Shown piece after piece: positions 1-13,100 of a stretch of 64,000 bases of DNA (position 1 is its first letter; the number at the start of each line of letters is the position of its first letter). The notes beneath the pieces were generated by a model. It searched no databases, was not told the origin of the DNA, and was given only the letters and a program-made list of their open reading frames with translations. The stretch comes from Pecten maximus. Its lineage: Eukaryota. The position numbers and the translations under genes were made by a program. Where the stretch lies: the NCBI RefSeq assembly GCF_902652985.1, contig NC_047019.1, forward strand, positions 1,426,001 to 1,490,000, read 5' to 3'.

Positions 1-625
1 AAATAATCTTCGTCCGTTGAACTAGCCTAATTACCAAATACAACTCATAGGAAAAACAAAATATAATCTGATTCAGAAAAAGAAACCCAAGTTGTTAATC
101 GGCTGTTTAATGTAAAATACAGAAGATCGTTTGGCCCAGAAAATAAAACCCGAAAACGCTGCTGTACCATGTAGTAAAAATGACGTTCCCTGGAACAACG
201 TCGTGACCTTGTTCACGGCTTTGCACTAATGACGTCATTATTTACCTGTAGTGACGTCATTTATCATGATATGACGTCAAAAATTATTTCAATGTGAAGA
301 TAAGATATTCCCCTATCAATCTGTAATAAATAAATTAAGAAAATAATATGTTCATTTTTTAATGTCCTGCATCGGCCTAAAATCGGCCCACTGGCACTCA
401 ACGTAGTACTATAATCGGCCCAAAATCGGCCCCGTGGCACATAACTCGTTAAACAGCCACCAACAGTTTTGAGTACTTTAAGTATTTTACTCAAATAATG
501 TTTAAACTAAATCCATACTCTAACTAAAACATGTGAGTTCGCGATCGCTTATTATACGAAATGGCAGTTTTACTCAACCTGATGTAGGCCTGTTAATGTA
601 AATTACAAACAAGGTTATACTCAGT

Positions 626-840
626 TTTTGGTTTGTTTTTGTTTAATGTCCTATTAACAGCCAGGGTCATTTAAGGACGTGCCAGGTTTTGGAGGTGGAG
701 GAAAGCCGGTGTACCCAGAGAAAAACCACCGGCCTACAGTCAGTACCTGGCAACTGCCCCACGTAGGTTTCGAACTCGCAACCCAGAGGTGGAGGCTAGT
801 GATAAAGTGTCGGGACACCTTAACCACTCGGCCACCGCCG
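626..840 (-). mobile_element. tRNA-derived SINE
   Basis: Minus strand reads A-box GGTGGCCGAGTGG, B-box GAGTTCGAAAC, a central GGTGGTTTTTCTCTGGGTACACCGGCTTTCCTCCACC core resembling V/Meta-type SINE cores, and an (AAAC)-type tail. Confidence 0.85.
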
Positions 841-954
841 GTATTATATTACGCATGTCTAGAACCCAGACATTTATGACTGACGAATATGATCAATATT
901 TCAAAGTTCTCTCACAAAATCTAGGAAGGTATTATATTAATTATGCACAATTAC

Positions 955-1221
955 AATTATGGAACCTCCTCCCGGTAGCAGCAGTACAGTGCACCACACT
1001 AGAGGGCTTCAAGGCACACATACCACACTCAGTCCTTGAACCCCTCATAAACAAACACTAGGCTAGTTCAAACAAGTTTTTTTTTATCCTTTTAACCATA
1101 CTAAATAATAATAAAAAAAAAAACTCTCTTTCTTTTTAAATCAGAGCCCCTGTGCACCCAACACCAAAACACTCCACGAAATCGTCATTATTGACGGAAA
1201 GGAGTTATCATAAGAAGAAGA
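955..1221 (+). mobile_element. 3' remnant of a CR1/L2-like LINE
   Basis: Encodes LWNLLPVAAVQCTTLEGFKAHI, matching the WN.LP......SL..FK motif at the C-terminus of CR1/L2 ORF2. It is followed by a short UTR and an AAG repeat tail at ~1212-1221. Confidence 0.6.
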
Positions 1222-3694
1222 CTGCATGAGCTGCAGTACACAGGTACAGTAGGCCAGCTAACTGTCAGACCAAACGTAAACAACCCAACTGGGCAGATCT
1301 TTCGATAATTTTGAATCTCCTGTCAGTATATATAACTGTTATTGGGGTTTCTTTTACATATTTTGTAGGATAGCCCATACAACAAAACTTAACACAAGCA
1401 AAACAAACCTCTTGAGGCATTTCTCCTTTTTCAAAAGTTCAATCTGGAAACCGGAAATACAAATCGCACCGGCAAAATCATGCGCATATCAACATCCGGG
1501 TTTGAGGAGCGTTCGCTCCCGCGGAATTTTAATATTCAAAACTCGTGAGCGGAATAATAAGACATAGATACATCTCTACATAAAAAAATCACACAAACTG
1601 ATTGGGAAATGATCAAATATTGGATTAATGTACAAGAGCACATTTGTAAGTTGCATGAGCTTACAGTTGTATTGCGCCCTAGTTCATGTATTAGGCTAGA
1701 TCTAATATGAAACCGTAATAATTTGCGCAACTGTAGATCTACATATATTATTCTTATATAATGTATATTATTATATGATGTATCATGTAGATATATTGTA
1801 TGTTTTTGAGTCCAGAGTAGTAAATCCTGGTCAGGAAAATGAACTTAACTTAATAGCACATTTTCCTTAGATATCTACTACGATCTTAATGTATAATACA
1901 TTTTTTAGGTAACCAGTGTTCGCATGTAGCTTTAATTCCAATGAAACTTTTGTCGTATATTGTAATTTTGTATTTGTTTGGGAAAGGGCGTTGATAAGTT
2001 GCAAAAACTTGTGCCCAATCCCTTTGTACGTTTTGACAATTAAATATGTTTTAATAAAAAAAATCCAATGAAACTGCTAGGTATGCTTTTTTACCCTTTG
2101 GGAGACAAGAAAGTGATGATGAAATATTTACGTTATCGATATTACTTTGGAAGTATACTCTAAATTGCGCTCATACTACATACAGAATAGATGAATTTAC
2201 CTCGCGTTTGCTATATATTGTTTCACGAGGTTTTCAAAGCATGAATTTTTGTGGCGACAATGTTTGTTTTCTGAGAGAATAAATATGTTTTGAAGATTGC
2301 TGACCACAGGACAAGGGCTGAAAGAAATATTTGTGTGTTTGCTGTTATCTATATTTTGATATGAACATATTTGTATTGCCATTCCTTTCATAAAAAGTTT
2401 ATCTTAATTCGATTAATTAACATTAGCATGGAAATGAAAGCTATTTATATTTAGATATCTACGTTATGGGTAGTAACGTAAAATATGATAAAGAGACGAG
2501 AGCACATTTATCCTGTATATACATGTAATTATAAGGAAAATGTTTTAAATATTGCAAATCATGACAAATTATTACTATTGTAGAAAAATACCTTAAAATA
2601 GGAAAATAAACCGTTTTACAAATCAAGGTAGTATAAATATATCTGTTTTTATCCTGGCACTGCATTGTCGGAATAAGCGGTGTTTTAGAATCTTAGCACG
2701 TGCGTCAATTCGACTGACCTACTTCCAAGTGAAACAACATTTAAAATGGTACAGTGCTACTGTTTCACTTAAAATGTTTATTTTGATGGCTGTTGCATGA
2801 TAAATAGAATACATGGTCAGTGTCTTAAAATATATAAGCTCGCCAAGGCTCGCCACTTTTGTCTTTCTTTACCCTCGCCAAAATACAGCTTATATTTAAG
2901 ACGATGACCATGTATTCTCTCTCTATATAAACCTTTACTGTAAACAACCACATTATCACTTTTATATGGATTTCATAATCCAAGGCTCTAGCTTCATATG
3001 CACTAAGAATTATGTTCATTTGTCGGCCCATGTAAATTCTACAATGTCACCCCCCCCCAAAACAAAACAAAACAAAAATTAAACAAAAAACAAAAACAAA
3101 AACAACAAAACAGAGAGAAAAAAATTAAAATAAAAAAAATAGCACCTTCTCAGCTGTTCATATGTAGAATTTAATCTCTATTTTGAGATAAAACAGTTAA
3201 TGCTGGCTGTGATATGAATGAAAATGTTATTACTTTCCTCGGCTCATTGCGAAATACTGAACGAGTGAAATGTAATGTGTAGTTTTTTATACAAATATTT
3301 CATCTCCGTGTCAATTTCATTCTTTCAGGATTAACACAGTGGGTAATTCAGAGCAGAAATAAAGTGGGCTTAATTATGGAGTTTTGTTTTGTTTTGAAAT
3401 GGTGACATATTTACGTTACCGTTTTCACAAAATTAAAACCTCAATCAATGCCGAATATTGGGAGACCCATTACCTCTCAATTATTAAGTTTACAAACAAA
3501 GATGAGTACAATGTACAATTGTATATCAGAATCATAGATATTGAACCCATCATTTTTTTTGTATGAAATTTGAAATACGAGATCAAATCCTATTATATTG
3601 TTGAGTTCTCATCTCATTAGAGGGCACTATCTGTATGCTTATTAGGGGGGGGGGGGTCCTGACCCCTAGGACCACCCCCAGGATCCGCTAGTGT

Positions 3695-4495
3695 GGGTGA
3701 TACGACATTCCGTGTCATAACACATTTGGAAATGTGTAAACTACGTCATAGATGTCGCTTTCCTCTCCCATTGTTGACTAGCCTGAGAGTTAGCGAACAG
3801 TCCGGCGTCGGAATAACTATCGGTGCTTTCCTCTTTACCAGTGTGGTATTAGAAGACATCGCTCCTCGAAGCAATATCATGTTTAATAAATAAATATCTC
3901 TAAACCACCAGTTTCTGTATACGTATTGTTGTATGTGTTACTTTGGATTCCCTCAAACTTAACATCGAAGAAAAGGTTTGGGTTCAAAGAACTTCCAGAA
4001 ACTATAGCCAGGCGCCAGGCAGCTAAACAATATCCAAATAATGGGAAGCTTGTAGACTGGACAGACAGAGTTCTGTCACTCGCCAATAAAACCGACAAGC
4101 ATCGAGTTTACGTATCAACAAGATGGTGTAGCTGACAAGTAGGCCGGACACCATGTGGTGAATTTAAAACTCACAATAATTGAGGAGGTTATCGATACCA
4201 TGGGGTGGTGGTGCCAACATAGCAGAAAGGCCATCATGGAAGACAAGCAAATTTCAGGAATTTATATCCCCCGCTTTTGTGACATATTGTAGGTAAATGT
4301 TTTTGAGGAGTCAACATGGTTTAGCTCGACAGAATGTTGATCCATATATAAATGTGTTGCTTGAAAATCGAAGAAAAAAATTGAGTCTTATGCAGAAGTT
4401 AGATGTTTTATTTAAAACGTATTTCAGGATAAAGTGAACCATTTTTGCAAGATCTGCCATCACCAAACCATATCACGAATTTGGCTGAGCCCTTA
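3695..4495 (+). mobile_element. Possible decayed DNA transposon with THAP-like remnant
   Basis: Broken reading YCC...FGFKELPETIARRQ...WTDRV resembles a THAP zinc finger. The ends are weakly inverted, with TTAA at the right end. Confidence 0.3.
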
Positions 4496-4569
4496 ATAAA
4501 CTTAATCCTGTTCCTAAGTTTGAAGACTTCCGGAAAAAAATATTTATTAGAGGTATTTAACGGCAAATA

Positions 4570-5130
4570 ACAATGTTTTTCATAAATTAAGGGACGATAA
4601 CTCTGATACCAAGTTTGATGATAATCGGATAATATTTGTGAGAGTTATTGCATCGAAACAGCAGAAAGGGACGTTTTTACTTAATCTGGCAATCTAACTT
4701 GGTTGAGTCCTTCAGGCTTTAAACCATGTTGCCAAGTTTGAACAAAATCCTTTATTGTTTGTTGCAGTAATTGCATGGAAAGGAAGCGTGACAGACAGAC
4801 AGACGGACGGTGATACGGACAAGATCGACTTATGGGGTGAAGTGTTTTGTCTGAGAACTTGTGGATGCAAGGCACAAGTTTTAAGTTGATATGGACATCA
4901 CCTTTAATTTCCGTTCATTCCGTCGCTAAAAAAGCACATGCGCAGTGAGATTAATGATGAATTATGGGAAAAAACACAAATTTACATTAAATTTCCTCTC
5001 CTATAGGTGACGAAGATTTTTGCACGGAATGAATCGTTAATTCACCCCACAAGTATATCTGAGTGAGAGTGGACGGACGGACAGACAATCCCAAATTGAT
5101 ATCCCTCAATTCGGTGAAAACGGGGGGTAA
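4570..5130 (+). mobile_element. Fragments of Helentron-associated (HINE-like) interspersed repeats
   Basis: GACA/GACG microsatellites (4790-4810, 5070-5087), ACCAAGTTT motifs and a weak terminal hairpin near 5103-5127, typical of bivalve HINE-like repeats. Confidence 0.45.
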
Positions 5131-5384
5131 AAAGACTATCTGATTCAGTGGCCGTACCTTGAAAATTACACTGATATCCATTCGAAACCAGTGAGATCAA
5201 GGTCGCAACTTCGAAAGTCGGTCTTTTCCAAGTTATATGCAAAGTCATGGGTATATAAAAACGAAGAGGACAGCCACCTTCTGGGCAGGTATAACTTCTC
5301 AACAGAACACTATTAACCATCCTTTGTCTTAGTTCTAACGTGAATAGGATGGTTATACCTTCTCCAGATCCCTAGGGCTTTGTG

Positions 5385-5555
5385 GTGCTACCGTAAACAA
5401 GCTAATGCTGGGTCGCGAAATCAACCAACAAGAAGATTTGATGTTCAGGTCACCATCATCAGGAAAGAGTTCTAATGTGGACGAATATTTCGGGACATTG
5501 GAGGAATCTATTTCTCTTGCACGCGAGACTGCACGCGAGACTGCACGAAACATCG
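5385..5555 (+). mobile_element. Gypsy/Ty3 integrase C-terminal remnant
   Basis: ATVNKLMLGREINQQEDLMF...DEYFGTLEESISLARETAR matches the post-core integrase motif TP..LMLGRE...P.DL.....EY...L...L..A...AR. Confidence 0.55.
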
Positions 5556-5689
5556 TGAGTACAACCCAACATATATTATATATATATATGATACATTAAA
5601 GTTAAACTGAACCATGTTTAAGTAATATTTACCCATAAGAGTAGGATTTGTATGTCTCTGTCATAAGCATAGGAATGATTTTACACTGG

Positions 5690-6620
5690 TTTAACTGTAG
5701 GAAACTTAACGCAAGCACATTAAAGCGACTGTAACTACAGGAAGCTTAACTCAAGCACATTAAAGCGATTGTAACTGTAGGGAGCTTAACTCAAGCACAT
5801 TAAAGCGACTGTAACTGAAGGGAGCTTAACTCAAGAACATTAAAGCGACTGTAACTGTAAGAAGCTTAACTCAAGCACATTAAAGCGACTGTAACTGTAG
5901 GGAGCTTAACTCAAGCACTTTAAAGCGACTGTAACTGTAGGAAGCTTTACTCAAGCACTTTAAAGCGACTGTAACTGTAAGAAGCTTAACTCAAACACAA
6001 CAAGCACATTAAAGCGATTGTAACTGTAGGGAGCTTAACTTAAGCACATTAAAGCGATTGTAACTGTAGGGAGCTTAACCCAAGCACATTAAAGCGACTG
6101 TAACTACAGGAAGCTTAACTCAATCACATTAAAGCGATTGTAACTGTAGGGAGCTTAACTCAAGCACATTAAAGCGACTGTAACTGTAGGGAGCTTAACT
6201 CAAGCACTTTAAAGCGACTGTAACTGTAGGAAGCTTAACTCAAGCACATTAAAGCTATTGTAACTGTAGGGAGCTTAACTCAAGCACATTAAAGCTATTG
6301 TAACTGTAGGAAGCTTAACTCAAGCACATTAAAGCGATTGTAACTGTAGGGAGCTTAACTCAAGCACATTAAAGCGACTGTAACTGTAGGGAGCTTAACT
6401 CAAGCACATTAAAGCTATTGTAACTGTAGGAAGCTTAACTCAAGCACATTAAAGCTATTTTAACTGTAGGGAGCTTAACTCAAGCACAATAAAGCGACTG
6501 TTACTGTAGGGAGCTTAACTCAAGCACATTAAAGCGACTGTTACTGTAGGGAGCTTAACTCAAGCACATTAAAACGACTGTTACTGAAGGGAGCTTAACT
6601 AAACACATTAAAGCGATTAC
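5690..6620. repeat. 40-bp tandem repeat, ~23 copies
   Basis: Unit GTAACTGTAGGGAGCTTAACTCAAGCACATTAAAGCGACT read directly from the sequence. Confidence 0.97.
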
Positions 6621-7151
6621 TATTGTAGAAACGCTGGTTTCCTCTGGTGAACTTTGTTTAATATACAGCAATGCACGAGCCTATACCGTAAAACTGTTCT
6701 ATAAATATATGTTAATGGTTTTAAAACACACTGTTTATCTCAGTTGGTGTAATAAACAATGTGCTACACGGAGAAAGCCAAAGTGAGTAGGTTATAAATG
6801 ATTAGCAAGAAGGTATGAACAAAAATAGGTACTTAGCAAGAAAACACTTTTCTGAGAAATAAAATACACAGATAAATTATCAAACATTTGGACGTTTTCA
6901 GAATGATGCATCAAAAATGTAATGTTTAGTGTTTGTACGCCGCTAAATTGATGCAGAAATAGGACATTATTTTGCGACAACCTGGAAAATTGTTTGAAGA
7001 ACTAATATGTGTGTTTTTCATTAAATTCATCTTTGGAACCCTCGCACACTTCTTTATACGTTGTTTTTCTGTGTATGAATACCTCACCACGTTTATCGCA
7101 GTTTTAACAATTGTTACTCGGTATTTAGTGTGATTCCTATAATGATATAAA

Positions 7152-7184
<33 letters not shown>

Positions 7185-8479
7185 ATCCGATGGACGTATA
7201 TTATTTATTCTATTTTATATTATAATTATGATAGTATGAATGTTATGAATTAGTACACTTACTAGATGAAATATAGTATGGACAACCTTATTAATTAGTG
7301 GATTAAAATTGGTTGCATATTTACTGCTTATATATTTCTATTGCTCATAATCGTGCCCTATATTAATTATTTTTCTTATAATCATTTCTCAATCGTACTT
7401 CTATCAAATTCAAGTAATCACTCTCCAACTATGCAACCTTACGGAATCCACTAAATATATTATCTAACTAATTTTGCCTTTCTTAACTGTCATTATCAAA
7501 TTAAAACTCAGAATGTTGTATCCATGACTGGTCCCCAAAGCTTATGAGTGGATGACCAGCAGCTACCTAGCTGTTATGGACTTTACTGGTCGGTATCCCA
7601 CAGGCGGAGGGAATCCTGTTTTGGTTACAGGATTTTAAATTTTTTTATAAAAATAAACTGGATGAAATATATTAAATAAAATCGACAAATTATACTCGAT
7701 TCAGAGTTGTCCCTACATAACTGATATCTCACTATATTATATATTATATGAATGATGTTAACATGTATATACTCATTGTTACTAAATGGAGAGAACTTAC
7801 ATAGGCTATGCCTGTTGTTCAATCCTTTTTCTTTCAGAAATATCTTCTTTGAGAAATAAAATTTGTTGAAATGAAATTATCGTTATTACAAAGTAATAAA
7901 CTGGTAGTTATTGGATTTTAAGAGTTTTGAAGCTGCTTTGTATAGATAAGTATATTGTAAAGCTGACCTTGTGTACACGTGAGAATACCAGACCGATGAA
8001 CCTTCTCCTCTGAGTGTTTAATTAATAGAACATGTACCTAATTACAGTCACTAATACTAATTACTCTTGATTTCATCGCCCATCAGCGACCTAGGCGGAT
8101 TCTACTTTCTTTTTCTACTGTATTTATACTATATAAAATATATCATGCGTCGATGGTTACGATTGCTATGTTTGTCACACATGTATTTATGGAGAGGAGG
8201 CGTTTATGAATAAGAATCATACATTTAAAGTAAATACAGATGTCATAAAAATATACATCAAATAAATATTGTCAATCATACTGTAGATACATAAAGTAGC
8301 TATTAACAATTATAATGAAAAAAAAAAAAAAAAAGATAAAATAAATAAAATAAATAAACAAATGTTTTAAAATGATTTATTTCACATACATGTATTTATA
8401 TCTGTCTGATGGAATACACTAATTATCTTGATCACACGTAAGACTAATAGTACTAACAGTTTTATCATAATACTTGTCC

Positions 8480-10198
8480 TCAGAAAACATACTCCAGAGA
8501 ATCCGTGATACTATCACGTAAACGTTTGGGCAGTGGCAACCGCGCGGCTTGGTCTATTTTCCGGCCACAACTGACCCACACAGTAAACACACACCACTTA
8601 CGAAGTGACCAGACGTCCGAAACTCGCTTCTCGTACTCGTCCTTGATTCCCGCCAAAATCCGCGCGTGTTTCGATGACGGCTGCTCAAAACTAGCCGCCA
8701 TGTTGTTGAAGATTTCAAACGAATCTCGCAACGCTGCTTGGGCCATCGAGTCCATAACAAATGTACTGTGCTGTACATCTACAACGTGTGAGCTGTCAGA
8801 GTTTGTAGCGTATGCCAAAAGTTGTTCGAAAAACACATTTATAGGGTAATACCCGTATACCATTACATCCGGGTTTGCGCCATGACGTAGAAGAAGTTTT
8901 AGCATTTTCCCGCCAAGTCCAATTTTCGGAGCAATTCTGCAGAAACAATGTAGACTGTTTCCGTAGGTATCACACTGATCTTCAACTCGTCCCACGTAGT
9001 TTAAATCTGCTCCGTGTTTCAGCAAGGCCTCTGTACATTTCCCTAGATGACTTCTGAGAGAAAGCTTTTGTTCAATTTGTACCTGTTCCGAGTACTTCCC
9101 AATGGTGTCGAACAAACAATGCATGGCAGAGGAAAATGCAGCTCTTCCAAACGCTGCAGCTGCATTGAATTTTCTTTTCGTAAGCTCCTTTTCGAATTCT
9201 AGTTCGTCAAAGTTTGGGTCAGCACCAGCATTGAGCATGATCAGAAGACATGCTAGGAGATATGGGGACGAGTTGTCCAAGTCATGACACGACGAGTGGG
9301 ATAATAGGCTATACAGTGGGTATGTCCGATAGGGAAGACACTTCGACAAGTCGTGTGAATGCTTGATGAGGAGAGTCGTGACGGTAAGCAATGATTCATA
9401 CCAAGATTTCTTAAATGAGAGACTGTATGAGAAGAGAACATGATACAGATTCATGCCACCAAACAAAGAACTGATGTCAGGTTTTAGTCCCAATAAAACG
9501 TCCAAACATTCTGGTCGGGCCATTTTCAGGGCAACTCCAACAGCATTTTTAATGTCCTCTTCTGTCGGCTTGTGTGATAGAAGTAAGCGGAGAGCGGGCG
9601 GGGAGTCCAGCTCACAAGCTAGGTTAACATAAGCCTCCTTGGTACTCTTAGCTTTATGCCTTACTTTGCCTCCATAAAAATGGTCTAGGATAGTATACAC
9701 ACAGCCAATATGCCCGTACTCGCCAGCTATGTCCAGAGGAGACAACTTATCTTTACCGCTCATCACGGGTATCCTCATGGCTTTAGGGGAATCCCCACTT
9801 AACCCTGTCGGGCCGTAATATTTGAACTCCATTGGGGTATTGTCTTGGCCTCGTTCTTGAATCAACATAGAAAGAATTGTCTTGTGTCCAAGTCTTGCAC
9901 ACAAGTGAAGATATGGCACTGAAGGAGATTCATGAGGAAGTTTGAAATACCCTTTATGGAAGAACAGTCCTACAGCCTCGATGTTATTGGTTATTATAGC
10001 GTGATGTAGAATATCGAGGTCATCCTGGTCCATATACCATTCAATGGCAGCCTTGGAAAATTTGTCGATTCCGTCTTTCAATAACGACGCTTCATTTGTA
10101 GATTTCAGTAAATCGACAATACTTTTAACGCTTTCAGCCGGTTTATCCATGACAGAAGAAAATGGAGTTACTTGTGGTGTCTTTTGTAAACGAAGCAT
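8480..10198 (-). CDS. Ankyrin repeat and SOCS box protein (ASB-like E3 ligase substrate adaptor), single coding exon
   Basis: 572-aa uninterrupted ORF. Ankyrin motifs: ILHHAIITNN, YLHLCARLGH, SPLDIAGEYGHIGCV, LNAGADPN, LLKHGADLN, LLLRHGANPD. C-terminal SOCS box SLRKWCVFTV...LPLPKRLRDSI. The true start may be the second Met (MDK, 10150). Confidence 0.9.
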   Translation of the reverse strand: MLRLQKTPQVTPFSSVMDKPAESVKSIVDLLKSTNEASLLKDGIDKFSKAAIEWYMDQDDLDILHHAIITNNIEAVGLFFHKGYFKLPHESPSVPYLHLCARLGHKTILSMLIQERGQDNTPMEFKYYGPTGLSGDSPKAMRIPVMSGKDKLSPLDIAGEYGHIGCVYTILDHFYGGKVRHKAKSTKEAYVNLACELDSPPALRLLLSHKPTEEDIKNAVGVALKMARPECLDVLLGLKPDISSLFGGMNLYHVLFSYSLSFKKSWYESLLTVTTLLIKHSHDLSKCLPYRTYPLYSLLSHSSCHDLDNSSPYLLACLLIMLNAGADPNFDELEFEKELTKRKFNAAAAFGRAAFSSAMHCLFDTIGKYSEQVQIEQKLSLRSHLGKCTEALLKHGADLNYVGRVEDQCDTYGNSLHCFCRIAPKIGLGGKMLKLLLRHGANPDVMVYGYYPINVFFEQLLAYATNSDSSHVVDVQHSTFVMDSMAQAALRDSFEIFNNMAASFEQPSSKHARILAGIKDEYEKRVSDVWSLRKWCVFTVWVSCGRKIDQAARLPLPKRLRDSITDSLEYVF

Positions 10199-13100
10199 GT
10201 ATTCATTACGGCAATAAATTGTTTCGCCATTCCTATGTTTGTGACATTGTCAGGTCATAAGCACCATAGTTTTTTGTTGTGACATGTAACACGTATACAT
10301 GTGTAGTAGGAGTTTTAACACATGTACAGTACATGAGCGGGGCCTACACATTTAAATGCCCGATACATACATTATAGGTCTATAGAGTTACAGCGTTGTC
10401 CTTTGGGTCTCTTCTCTTCTCTTCTCTGTTGTGTTGTTTGCTTAAATGATCTTAATCTACTGTGTCCATTTAAAAACATCTACATCGATAAATGTTAGGC
10501 AAGTCGCTGGTATCGGTTTAAATGCACTCACGCATACCTGTTCCGACTACCAGTGATAAGTGTTAATGATTTATAATGACACACGAAAAGTTGCGTGCAT
10601 AGTTTCCTGATCATGGTCATTGAGGTGTTCGTTGTTATTGATTCTATTCAACTATAAACTCGACATTATCAAACATTTGTACGACCTAAATCTGATCAAA
10701 CTAAAGTTTGAAGCAGAAATAGTAGAACAGTCCGGACAATCCTATAATTACGATTTATAAAGTATTTTGAACCTAATTCTGTTTTAAGTTAAAAATATGT
10801 CTGTATACCTGTACATCATTCCAATGTTTATTATCTAGTTGAATAAAAAAAAATAGGCTTTGATTATGACAGAGTCTTAATTCAACATTTTCTGCATTAT
10901 ACTTTGTATAATACCTCATGCAATTTCCAATTTATATGTAGTGTGTAATTGATAAGACTTTTTTGTGTGTTTAGTAACACTTTACCTTATATAACCTAAA
11001 TTTATGTGTGGTGTGTAAGAGGTTTCACCTAATGTAATATCTTATAGGGTATATTACTTCAGAAATTTTTATTTCAGCACCTTTAGAATCTTAAGGTCAA
11101 TACTTTTCTTTCATTTAATGCACCGCATATCTGAACACTGTAATAAACAATGTAATGCCTATTTTTATGGACATGGAATTTCTGTAGTATTGAATTCTCC
11201 CTCTTTTGTTCACCGAATCAGGATCATCATAGTATCATTAAAAAGTCTTAGCCTGTTGTTTTTCAGAAGGAATTTCTTGTAAATGAAAAGTTGACGACAG
11301 ACAGCTGTCTCGGGAAGGACGGAACAATGGCCACCGCACCATGGCATAATATCAGTTGTCCTTAGGGCAGGAGATCTAAACAAGAAGATTATAGCGTTGT
11401 TCATTTTACAATAATATATATATATATATATATATTAACCGTTCACCGATTGGAGAATGTTTTTTTAGGAACAGTACATATATACCATCTTTATAACATC
11501 ACTGCAAAGATACCACAGTAGATATCAACTGCTTATGGAGATTTTCAAATGTTTCATATCGTGTTGAGGTACGGTATGACATGCAAATTTTATAATATAA
11601 CGAACTTCATATATTACTTCTCATTTACTTTTCCTTTGAACATCGTTATAAAACATCACTACCCTTTTCACTGACCACAACATCGTTTCAGTTAACATGT
11701 ATTTTTTATCTTCATATACCAATAACCATTAGACAGCACGCAAAGTGTCTATAATCATTAATTACTATGACATAATCAATAACCCAGTTGAGATTCTGTA
11801 AATTGATGAAGTTGAAATATTATACCAGTTTAAAAGCCAAACATGTCTTTCCTCTGTGAGTTTCCAAGAAAAATGCTATGTTTCGATCTGTCAATCATTT
11901 TGTATTCTACAGAAAATTGTTGAGAATCATGACTTCAATCTTGCCAGTGAACTTCGCTACTTTGATCATTATGAAACGGGTTAATTATTGGAAAATGGGC
12001 CTTTTTAGGAAATTATCTTGCTGTCACATTTTTGGTACAAATTTATATCAATTAAACGTTGTGTGGAAATTACATCACTTTTAAGAATTTTATTTTAAAT
12101 GTCAATTTTCATACCATAATAAGCATACATACGATTCCTGTTTCCGTGTTCAGTCAGACGATGTAACGAGTGTATACTATCCCCACATCAGATGAACCGT
12201 TTCTTCTCCTGCTCAGTGTAAAGTTTGTCATCAATACCAACGCATTGTGGACTGCTCTTAATTCCACAACGATTACAGGGGACCATTGTGGAAGTCCATA
12301 AACACACCAGACATTGTTGGTAGTCTTACATTTCTCAATACTTTTGCCTCATGGAGACTAAGTCGGAAGCCTTCCTATGATTCAATAAACATAATCTACT
12401 CATTACATGGCCATTTTTTTCTGCATTTTAATACGCATGCTAAATTTAACCACAGTATTATATGGTATAGTATTGGCCTCTACCTCCCGTAATGCTTTCT
12501 TCTTCAGGAGATCGACATTGGCAGACTGATCTAAATTAAACTTATTATGCATTACCTACATGTACCTCTGTTTATGTTTCATTATAAATAAATCATTGTA
12601 TTGTTGTCATGTTACTAGTTTCATCAAAAGAGAACTTATTGATAATTTGTTGTGTTGCATATAAATGATAATGACCTCTTGCTATCCTTTCAAGAGGTGC
12701 CATTAGTTGGGGACACTGAGGTCTCAAGTGGTCACCCACACCACATAAAGCGGCTCCTCTTCACCTGAACCTGGGGTATGGCTTAACCACTGTGGTGTAC
12801 AGGTTGGCTAAAGTTGATGGGGTACACTCCTGAAACTGCTTAATATTTCTCTGGAGGCATCCAGCTATGAATAGGACCCGAGGGAAACCTATATTTCAAA
12901 ATAGCAATGAACTGTTAAGTTACCATTGTCAGTATATGGAACACAAAGAGGACATTTATGTATTGAACTGCTTTCATTCGGAAGTTATGGGCTGATGAAT
13001 GCCAACTGGACAAAGGCAAATTTAATTACTTATATTGCTCGGTTACTGCACCCTCATTCCTCACAGGGGAAAAGATACATTGAATATTTCCATAACAATA

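Noticed and set aside
1-480. Repeated ATCGGCC.AAAATCGGCCC and TGACGTCA motifs
   Set aside because: Probably part of an interspersed repeat cut by the window edge; cannot be classified from this sequence.
7155-7185. Poly-C run giving a poly-Gly ORF
   Set aside because: A simple homopolymer, common in such assemblies.
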